From positions 1 through 35,153 of the IMG/VR virus record IMGVR_UViG_3300005764_000010: a stretch of DNA of 35,153 nt. One strand, 5' to 3'. Below, piece after piece: positions 27,683-34,358 of this stretch (positions within the stretch are counted from its first letter, which is position 1; every line of letters begins with the position of its first letter). The position numbers were made by a program, and so were the translations under genes. The notes beneath the pieces are model-generated. The model searched no databases. It saw nothing but the letters and a program-made list of their open reading frames with translations, and was not told where the DNA came from. The DNA is from a virus. Taxonomy: Duplodnaviria > Caudoviricetes.

Positions 27683-27858
27683 GGTGCTTTCGCGAACGAA
27701 AGCGCGGGCGCGCGGCGTGGCGGACTCTCGCAAGGGGTTAATCACGTCCGCGCGTCCCGTTGCTTTCACCGCGCTCGGCAACCCGCCACTGCCTTAAACC
27801 CCGTGTAAAAAGGCGTACTGCGTGGCGTCGTGCCGGCTTCGGTCCCTCGGTTAACCGA
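27683..27858. ncRNA. Candidate structured RNA with two long hairpins and kissing-loop potential, upstream of terL
   Basis: Hand-identified nested stems; AACCCC and GGGGTT complementary apical segments; strand unresolved. Confidence 0.4.
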
Positions 27859-28264
27859 ATTTGCACTCTATCAGGAAATGTCCACAGTCGTGCATCCAAC
27901 TCCAGAACGGCATCCGCGGGCGCCGGCCCGCGTCAGGATTGCCCGCGGCCGGTACGGCCGGTTGCCCCGCCAGACAATCGAGCACCGCGCCATAAAAAAT
28001 ATCCAGGTCTTCGGACGCGATGAATTTGAACCCGTCGACGTTGCCGCGCCCGTCGCGGGTCGTGTACACCTGATGCGGGACGGCGCCGCCGGATGCGGTA
28101 CGCGTGCGCCCGCCGCGCTCGGCGTGTTGCGCGGCGAACGGCAAAATGCGCCCGCCGGCTTCGGATTCCTCTACCTGCCCGCGTGCGAGCATACGCGCGA
28201 ATTGGCGCAAACTGACATGGCGGACAAACCGTCCGCTATCGCCATAAAGTGGAATGTAAGACAT
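27851..28264 (-). CDS. Hypothetical protein in the usual terS position (MSYIPLYGDSGRFVRHVS...)
   Basis: ATG 28264; no terS motif recognised. Confidence 0.7.
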   Translation of the reverse strand: MSYIPLYGDSGRFVRHVSLRQFARMLARGQVEESEAGGRILPFAAQHAERGGRTRTASGGAVPHQVYTTRDGRGNVDGFKFIASEDLDIFYGAVLDCLAGQPAVPAAGNPDAGRRPRMPFWSWMHDCGHFLIECKFG

Positions 28265-28267
28265 TGT

Positions 28268-28513
28268 GCGATCCGTTTTGTTGGGGAGGATGACAAAAGC
28301 ATGTATCGGCACACGTGTAGCCCGTGATGTATTCGAGAGGTTCTGACAGACACAAGCCGTTCGAGCGGCGAGCCCTTTTTAGGGAAAGGGAACGGATAGC
28401 TTGCGCGCCGGCCGTTACTGCGTCCGATCGCGGATCAGTCTTACCCGTTACCGACTAGGCTGTTACTTGACCGATCGGGAATAGTAGTACCACGGTGTTT
28501 TACTGCAATGCAA
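28268..28513 (-). promoter_or_regulatory. Putative late promoter and ~200-nt structured leader
   Basis: TTGCAG-16-TACTAT near 28508-28481; stems CCGATCG/CGATCGG, AGTC/GACT, ATCCGTT/AACGGAT; GTAAC x3. Confidence 0.45.
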
Positions 28514-28663
28514 GCGTAACAAGACAGTGTTTTCACCGTCACCCGTGCGGCATTGCACGCTACTATATCCTGACACCCAACTTATGGGATCACCACGCGC
28601 GCGGTGTTTTACCCAGTCCGGTACTTGTCATTTGCAGGGTAACCTTTCACGCGCCCGCGAACG

Positions 28664-28873
28664 TCACGCCCGCACATACGGTATCAGGTATACTCTATGC
28701 CCGTAATGGGGCTCCGTCTCATCATTAGGACACCCGCGCCAGTGTATCCAGTAGAATTCATCGCACGTCCGGCAATAGTCGGGCGCCACGCGCCCGCAAG
28801 CCGGACATTCTTCATTCGGCGCCTGTGCCACGCCGAGCAAGCGCGCGACGTGTTCGGGAGCGAGTAACGGCAT
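28664..28873 (-). CDS. Small Cys/His-rich protein, probably leaderless
   Basis: CPACG...YCRTC...H..GC; TACACT 6 nt upstream of the ATG. Confidence 0.7.
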   Translation of the reverse strand: MPLLAPEHVARLLGVAQAPNEECPACGRVAPDYCRTCDEFYWIHWRGCPNDETEPHYGHRVYLIPYVRA

Positions 28874-28880
28874 ACGCTCA

Positions 28881-28982
28881 GTGTACGGAAAACTGATGTT
28901 TGCCGTACGCCTTCGGGCGCGCCCGCTCGCGCTTTATTCGCGCGGCCCGGCGCCGGCCGGCCGCGTGGGGTTTTCCGTACAC
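28881..28982. repeat. Perfect 13-bp inverted repeat GTGTACGGAAAAC / GTTTTCCGTACAC plus an 11/13 internal copy
   Basis: Arms at 28881-28893 and 28970-28982; third copy at 28898-28910. Confidence 0.85.
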
Positions 28983-28989
28983 CCGCGGC

Positions 28990-29250
28990 TCACATCCACA
29001 AAAACTCGATCGCGGCCCAATTATTGAGCCGCGGCAAGGATACCTGCAGGTAATAATCGAGCGCCTCGGCGCGCATTTTGGCGAGGCGCGAATGGTAAGC
29101 CGGATTGCGCCCGTCCGGATTCGCTTTATCGTCGGCGTCGTTATCCTCGGACGTGTAGTCCCAAACGCGTGTAAACTCGGCGAGCGGTTGCCCGGGTATT
29201 ACGCCCGCGCGCACGATCCATTGCGCTTTCAGTCCGACCATGCCGGCCAT
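28990..29250 (-). CDS. Hypothetical protein, 86 aa (intact tandem paralog)
   Basis: RBS GAGGT; paralog of the adjacent gene. Confidence 0.8.
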   Translation of the reverse strand: MAGMVGLKAQWIVRAGVIPGQPLAEFTRVWDYTSEDNDADDKANPDGRNPAYHSRLAKMRAEALDYYLQVSLPRLNNWAAIEFLWM

Positions 29251-29257
29251 TATAACC

Positions 29258-29510
29258 TCACACCCACACAAACTCGATCACGGCCCAATTATTGAGCTGC
29301 GGCAACGAAACCTGCAGGTAATAATCGAGCGCCTCGGCGCGTGTTTTCGCGAGGCGCGAATGGTACGCCGGATCTTTCTCTCCCTTTTTGGTCGGCCTCA
29401 TAATCCGCAGACGTGTAGTGCCATGCGCGCGTGAACTTGTCGATTGACTCGCCCGGTATCACGCCGGCGCTAACGGTCCAGTGTGCTTTAAGTGCGACCA
29501 TGCCGGCCAT
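29258..29510 (-). pseudogene. Tandem paralog of 28990..29250 with a +1 frameshift in an A5 run
   Basis: Removing one base at 29385-29389 gives ...DQKGEKDPAYHSRLAKTRAEALDYYLQVSLPQLNNWAVIEFVWV*, colinear with the paralog. Confidence 0.8.
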
Positions 29511-29834
29511 TATCGCGCGCCCGGCGCCGCTTCGAACGGCCCGTCACAATCGCAGTTCATTTCAGGCTTGCGGCAATGCTTGCAGACAATGAACAGACGC
29601 GCCCGCTCGACGCGCCGCTCGCGCTCATCGATCGCGACCAGCGCCAGGCCCATGCGTTCGACAATGCCGGCCGGCGCCAATGTGAGATCCTCGCGCTTGC
29701 ACGCCTCGGCGATGCGGTTCATCGCGTGCGCGGATCGCGAGCCGGACCACGCCGTCATTCTCCGGTACGGCCGGCACGCCGGCCAGGTCGGCCAGCTCGC
29801 GCAAGGCGCCCTCGATTTCCTCATCCGCCGTCAT
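29510..29834 (-). pseudogene. Hypothetical gene with an apparent +1 frameshift near 29732
   Basis: ATG 29834 coupled to the rep stop; MTADEEIEG...RLAI joins AHAMNRIAEAC...CKHC if one base is removed; span 325 nt = 3n+1. Confidence 0.6.
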
Positions 29835-31297
29835 GAGCCCTCCGCGGCGCGCTTTTCGAGCCCGGCGCCGGCCTGGCATTTGCAGAACCAGCAACCATCG
29901 TCCGCGACCGCGGCGCGCACGCCGGCGATATCGGACGTGTCGCGCCCGGTCCACCCGCACAGCCCCGAATCCGCGCAAATCCCGCAATTCGGCTTGCCCG
30001 CCGGCGCCCCCCGCGATCGCGCGCGATGTGGCGAGGTTCTGTCACCGCGCGCCGGCATCGCATGCGCGGACGCGGCGCGGCGGGTGGCGCGGTAGCGGCC
30101 GGCGAGCGCGTCTATGTCGGCCTCGGTATGAATCGCCTGTAGCGTCGCCAACCGGTCGGCCCCGAGCCATTCCATGACCGCGGCCGCATCAATCCCGCGG
30201 CGCGCCAGGCCCGCGTAATAGTCCGGCCGTTCTGGTACTGGCGCCGGCTCGGCCCCGGTGGGCACCTGCGCATCACAGACACCGTTGCCGGCCGGCGTAT
30301 CCGAGCATAGCTCACCGGATGAGCCCGGCTCATCCTCGCCGTACGAATCGTCACCGCCCGGCGCATCCGGCACACTTGCGCCGTACCCTCGCGGCCGTTG
30401 CTCGCGGCTCGGTTCGGGAGCTGTCGCCGTTCGCTGATTTTCGCTTGCGCCGGCCGATACCGCCGCAGACGTGCGTTTCCCCACATCCGGCCATGCGGCG
30501 TATTCCGCGCTGTTAAGCTTTCCCGTGCGGACGGCATCGCGGACCACGGCCGAACGCCAGAATCCGTACGGGTTGGTCAGGTGTGAATCGACGCGGCCGA
30601 GCCGTTTGGCGAATTGCGCCGGCTCGATCTGGAGTGTTGCCAGGGTCCACAGGACCAGGCGCGCCAGCTCCCAATCACCGATGCGGGTCCGGCACACTTC
30701 GGAAAGGCCCTCTTGAAAGCCGGCCACGGCCGGATCGGTCGGAGCATCGCCGGTCAACTCGCCTTTGTAGGCCCGGTGCTTGTGTGAATCGGGCGCCTGG
30801 CGCCGGTTCTCTACTACGCTTGCTCTTTTTGAAGAAACTTCTTTAGCAGATAACCCGTTGTCAACGCCTTTGGACTTTGCCAGTACCGGGAAAAACTGCA
30901 AAACATGTGGGTTAGTGATGCGGTGCAGATTTGTCGAAGCACCTGAACCCTTGCCGCCGCGCCGCTCGCATTCGAGCAAATTCAAGCCGGCCCAAAACCG
31001 TATGGCCTCGATCCAGGTACCGCGCGCCATGCGCGCCTTTTTGGCGCCGCCTTCTAAACTCATCCAGGCCGGCTTCCCGTGAGTCGGCGAAACGCGCCGA
31101 ATCCCCAAGCACACTTGCCGTAAGGCTTTCCAGTGATTCTGAGATACCGCGATCAGCTCGCCCGTTTCCGGATGCGGAATCACGCACGGCATATCCTCGG
31201 CCGGCACGTTCAAGCGGCAATGATCGCGCGGGATTATCAGGCGCCCGCCGGCATCAGCGGTCAGTTCAGGCTCGGGATTGTGGCGATTGGTCGGCAT
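29831..31297 (-). CDS. Putative replication initiator (N-terminal wHTH, low-complexity linker, C-terminal Cys cluster)
   Basis: WMSLEGGAKKARMARGTWIEAI...LLECERRGG....TNLHRI wHTH pattern; CGIC...CKC; RBS GGAG before ATG 31297 (track start 31381). Confidence 0.7.
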   Translation of the reverse strand: MPTNRHNPEPELTADAGGRLIIPRDHCRLNVPAEDMPCVIPHPETGELIAVSQNHWKALRQVCLGIRRVSPTHGKPAWMSLEGGAKKARMARGTWIEAIRFWAGLNLLECERRGGKGSGASTNLHRITNPHVLQFFPVLAKSKGVDNGLSAKEVSSKRASVVENRRQAPDSHKHRAYKGELTGDAPTDPAVAGFQEGLSEVCRTRIGDWELARLVLWTLATLQIEPAQFAKRLGRVDSHLTNPYGFWRSAVVRDAVRTGKLNSAEYAAWPDVGKRTSAAVSAGASENQRTATAPEPSREQRPRGYGASVPDAPGGDDSYGEDEPGSSGELCSDTPAGNGVCDAQVPTGAEPAPVPERPDYYAGLARRGIDAAAVMEWLGADRLATLQAIHTEADIDALAGRYRATRRAASAHAMPARGDRTSPHRARSRGAPAGKPNCGICADSGLCGWTGRDTSDIAGVRAAVADDGCWFCKCQAGAGLEKRAAEGS

Positions 31298-31348
31298 TTT
31301 TCGGAACTCCGGTACTTGCGGACAATCCCGAAAACGTGCCATGATGAA

Positions 31349-31478
31349 GCCGACCGTAAAGAGTCGGCCCCGAGTAAGCATGTTTTGGGATTCTGTTGGG
31401 ACTGAAAATCTGTGGGTTTAGCGGACTTTCCAGATTTTCGGTTTTTTGAATTCAAACAGCTCGGGGCTTTTTCTTTTT
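31349..31478 (+). ncRNA. Candidate antisense (countertranscript) RNA to the rep leader
   Basis: TTGCGG-18-CATGAT promoter with extended TG; rod hairpin GCCCCGAG/CTCGGGGC and GAAAATCTG/CAGATTTTC with G-U pairs only on the + strand; T-tract 31468-31478. Confidence 0.55.
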
Positions 31479-31541
31479 CCTCGCGAATTGGCGTGCTTAG
31501 TGCCATTTGCCCGAATTGCCTGAATCCGAGCAAAGTTTACC

Positions 31542-32075
31542 CTACTCCGATACCCGAACGCTATTTTCCCCGTTTTGCCGTACGCCCGCGAGCGCGTCCA
31601 AATCCGCGCGCTTGACCCGCCATCGGCCCCATGCGCCATGCGATTTGCCCTCATCGAGCGCCGGCAATCCGCCCTCGGCCACCAGGCGCGCGAGCAAGCG
31701 AACGGATAGCCCGGTATGCGCGGCCGCGGCTTCGAGCGTGAGCCATGCGGCCGGCGAAGCCGCAAGCGCGAAACGCGGCGCGAGCGCAACTTTCGCCGAT
31801 TTCTCCGTATTCGCCGAAACGCCCGTTTCGTTTCGCGGATCGAGCGCGGCCGCATCGGCCGAAACCGGCGCCGGCATTGCTTCTGCGCGCATTTTGCGGC
31901 TTTCCGCCAAACGCGAAATCAGCACGGCATCGAACATAATTACGCGGCGTTTCGTTTCGGGATCGATTTCGCGAAAGGATGCGATTTCGCCAGCTTTCGC
32001 CATCTGTTGTAACCGGCGCGAGGAAAGACCCACGGCCGCGCTCGCCGCGGCTACGGTCAAGAGTATTGGCTTCAT
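31542..32075 (-). CDS. Protein with two Xis/MerR-like winged-HTH domains, leaderless
   Basis: LLTVAAASAAVGLSSRRLQQMAKAGEI and WLTLEAAAAHTGLSVRLL..LV.EG.LPA...WRVKRADL; TACAAT 7 nt before the ATG. Confidence 0.85.
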   Translation of the reverse strand: MKPILLTVAAASAAVGLSSRRLQQMAKAGEIASFREIDPETKRRVIMFDAVLISRLAESRKMRAEAMPAPVSADAAALDPRNETGVSANTEKSAKVALAPRFALAASPAAWLTLEAAAAHTGLSVRLLARLVAEGGLPALDEGKSHGAWGRWRVKRADLDALAGVRQNGENSVRVSE

Positions 32076-32148
32076 GTGCCGGATTGTAAACGAAAGCGAG
32101 CGCGAAAGCGAAAGAATTTCGTTTTCGCGTTCAGTTTCGCCGGTTTCG
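31769..32148. repeat. Cluster of 20 CGAAA/TTTCG pentamers over the wHTH gene and its promoter
   Basis: Counted by hand; 7 copies fall in 32091-32148. Confidence 0.85.
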
Positions 32149-32385
32149 CTAGCGCCAGGCGATCGCCTCGGCCGGTATTTCTACGGTTTCATGCCGCGAG
32201 AGTATCCGAAAGATACGGCCCGTGGCGTTGACGCGAAAGAACCGCGCCCGCCGACCGAAGATGATACCGATTTTGAGCGTATGCCGGATCGAGCCGTCGC
32301 GGGTCCAGTAATCGTAACCTTGCGACCAGTGAAAGTTAGCCCGTTCGAGCACGATCGGCGCCGGCGCGGCCGTTTGCGGAGTCAT
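32149..32385 (-). CDS. Possible hypothetical protein, 78 aa
   Basis: AGGAG upstream, GC-rich third codon positions; a competing + strand ORF exists. Confidence 0.4.
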   Translation of the reverse strand: MTPQTAAPAPIVLERANFHWSQGYDYWTRDGSIRHTLKIGIIFGRRARFFRVNATGRIFRILSRHETVEIPAEAIAWR

Positions 32386-32470
32386 GGGGAGGTATGCTCC
32401 TATGCATAAATTGTGACACACGCGGACGTGATATAAAACGGTATAGACGGTTGCCGTTTTTGGGGGAAGC

Positions 32471-32986
32471 ATGGCAGAGCAGACCGCTTTTGAGGATTTC
32501 GGCGAGTTGCCCGAGCCGGCATTGAACACCGGCGAGTACTCGCCGACAAACCGGCGCCATTCGCGCCACCGTGCCCTGAGACGCGTCGCCGAAGCGGACG
32601 CGATACCGCTACTCCGGAAAGTCATCGAGCGCGCCATGAGCGGCGACATGTACGCCGCGCGCATCGTGCTCGACCGCGTTTGGCCCCGGCCGCGGACTTC
32701 GCCGATCGCGCTCGATATGCCGGCCGCGCGCACGCCCGGCGAGCTGCGAGAGTCGATGTTCGAGCTGCTCGAACGAGTGAAAACCGGCGAGCTAACAACG
32801 GATGACGGCGCCGCCATGGTTGCCATGATGCGCGATATCTTAGAGGCGCAATCGATTCAAACCCTCGATTCGGATAAGAAAACCGTTACCATCGACGCCC
32901 GGCGCCTGTTAGGCGATCGCCTGGCGCGCATCGCCGCGGCGCGGCCCGCGGCCGAGCCGGACGAACCCGCCGAGCAGACCGCATAA
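32471..32986 (+). CDS. DUF5681-like protein (possible terminase small subunit)
   Basis: VIERAMSGDMYAARIVLDRVWP...GELTTDDG pattern recalled from DUF5681-type proteins; RBS GGGGGAAG. Confidence 0.65.
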   Translation: MAEQTAFEDFGELPEPALNTGEYSPTNRRHSRHRALRRVAEADAIPLLRKVIERAMSGDMYAARIVLDRVWPRPRTSPIALDMPAARTPGELRESMFELLERVKTGELTTDDGAAMVAMMRDILEAQSIQTLDSDKKTVTIDARRLLGDRLARIAAARPAAEPDEPAEQTA

Positions 32987-32988
32987 AC

Positions 32989-33014
32989 AAAAAAGGCGCG
33001 CCCGAAGGCGCGCC
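32989..33014 (-). terminator. Intrinsic terminator of the early operon
   Basis: GGCGCGCC-TTCG-GGCGCGCC-TTTTTT on the minus strand. Confidence 0.88.
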
Positions 33015-33042
33015 CGGTTAAGCCCCAAATTTACAGCTTTGC

Positions 33043-33297
33043 CTACACCGCGATGCCGGCGGTTTCGAGCGCCGCCAATACCTCGCGCGCGGTGCGCGAG
33101 TTGAACGGCTCGCCTAAGTTATCGCATTCCAGCCAATGCCGGCGCGCCGACTTGCAAGTACCGGGATCGCACGCCCGGCCGCATTTGCACGTATCGTCTG
33201 TGTGATTGACGGCCTCGGCGCCGTGTTCGCGCGCGATGGCGTTTGCACGCTTCGGCAACCAGCCCGGCCCGAGCCCGAAAAAGTAAGGTCCGCTCAT
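33043..33297 (-). CDS. Hypothetical Cys-containing protein, 84 aa
   Basis: RBS AAGGAG; RHWLECDNLGEPFN motif. Confidence 0.75.
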   Translation of the reverse strand: MSGPYFFGLGPGWLPKRANAIAREHGAEAVNHTDDTCKCGRACDPGTCKSARRHWLECDNLGEPFNSRTAREVLAALETAGIAV

Positions 33298-33312
33298 TTC
33301 GCTATTCTCCTT

Positions 33313-33816
33313 CTACCGAAACGTGGTGTAAATCGCGAGTTGCCGCACGGTAACCGCGGCCGTGCCGTCATTGGCGATGAACACCCGCGCGGCCGGCCCG
33401 TACACCGGAATACGCGCGCCGCCGGTGGTTTTGTCAACGAACAGCGAACCTTTGATGACATCGGCCGCGGCGAAGTACTCGCCGTATGCCGCCCAACCGA
33501 CTACGATGCTCACGCCATTGAATGAGCCCGCGGACGCGATCGCGGATACCGCCAGGTCGGATGCGCCCGAGAAATCGGCCGGCACCTCGCCCAAATCCTT
33601 GAACGATCCCGGTTGCACCGTCAGCTCGGACGCAATCACCATGCGTAACGAGTTGCCGCTCGCCGCGGACGGCGCCGCGGAAATCTTCGAGGCGCCGGCG
33701 CGCCCCATATCTCCAACCCGATCGAGTACGCTTTCGCGCTCGGCCGCGCCCGCCGGCGCGATCATCAGAACGGCCGCGGCGAGCGCGGCCAGAAAAACAG
33801 ACTTCATTGTGTTCAT
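33313..33816 (-). CDS. Secreted/periplasmic beta-rich protein
   Basis: Signal peptide MKSVFLAALAAAVLMIAPAGA; RBS GGAG. Confidence 0.8.
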   Translation of the reverse strand: MNTMKSVFLAALAAAVLMIAPAGAAERESVLDRVGDMGRAGASKISAAPSAASGNSLRMVIASELTVQPGSFKDLGEVPADFSGASDLAVSAIASAGSFNGVSIVVGWAAYGEYFAAADVIKGSLFVDKTTGGARIPVYGPAARVFIANDGTAAVTVRQLAIYTTFR

Positions 33817-33836
33817 TTTCTCCAAACGTTTGATTG

Positions 33837-33903
33837 TGGCTTTCGCCTTTGCCCGAGTCCATCGGGCAATTCACGCGGGCGCCACCCGCGATCATCAGGA
33901 CGA
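33837..33903 (-). ncRNA. Candidate type I hammerhead ribozyme with variant core
   Basis: Stem I UCGUC/GGCGA; core CUGAUGA; stem II CGCGGG/CCCGCG; GAA; stem III UUGCCCGA/UCGGGCAA; loop II UGGC pairs with 3' GCCA. Confidence 0.65.
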
Positions 33904-33905
33904 TT

Positions 33906-34007
33906 TTACGGACGGTGCCCGAAGAACCGCGCAATCGCGGTCAGAATCTCTCCGACAATCTTGCCGAAAAAATAGCCGATTACCACGCAAGCCATGAGCC
34001 ACAGCAT
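33906..34007 (-). CDS. 33-aa hydrophobic peptide (MLWLMACVVIGYFFGKIVGEILTAIARFFGHRP)
   Basis: Hand-translated; ATG immediately after the upstream TAA. Confidence 0.6.
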   Translation of the reverse strand: MLWLMACVVIGYFFGKIVGEILTAIARFFGHRP

Positions 34008-34358
34008 TTAACGCAATTCCCCCAACCCCGGCCGGCGCCGGCCGATCGGGCACTCCTGATGCCGTACCATGCCATCGCGCGTCACCATGTACTCGGCATC
34101 GCCGATCAGGCGCGCGCATCGGTAGCATTGCTCGCGCGCGGCCGCGGCAGGGTTATCCCGCAAGCGGCGAACGTCCGCGGCGATCGCCGCCGCGATATCG
34201 GTATCGGCTTCCGCGGCCGATGCGGCCCCGAACGCGGCGTCACACTGAGCGAGCGCGCGCGGATCGATCGCGGACAAAATGCGCCGGATCCGCGGATCGA
34301 GCGTAATCACGCCGAGCGCGGCGCGCATCGCGCGCGCCGCCTGATCCTGAGTGCTCAT
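34008..34358 (-). CDS. Hypothetical protein with CxxC...HxxC motif
   Basis: ATGA coupling; CYRC...HQEC. Confidence 0.7.
   Translation of the reverse strand: MSTQDQAARAMRAALGVITLDPRIRRILSAIDPRALAQCDAAFGAASAAEADTDIAAAIAADVRRLRDNPAAAAREQCYRCARLIGDAEYMVTRDGMVRHQECPIGRRRPGLGELR

Noticed and set aside
27745-27782. Group II intron domain V look-alike (GCCGAGCGCGGTGAAAGC...ACGCGCGG, minus strand)
   Set aside because: No AGC/CGC triad in position, the upper stem does not pair, and there are no other intron domains or RT
2152-27797. Many long + strand and alternate-frame ORFs in the track
   Set aside because: Arg/Ala/Pro-rich shadows of GC-rich minus-strand genes without recognisable motifs; the HNH gene is the exception
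28990-29375. Near-identical repeat pair as a DGR template/variable region
   Set aside because: Mismatches are not adenine-specific on either strand, both copies are coding paralogs, and no reverse transcriptase is present
31261-31533. 90-aa minus-strand ORF before rep
   Set aside because: TTG start, overlaps rep out of frame, and coincides with the hairpin region; more likely non-coding leader
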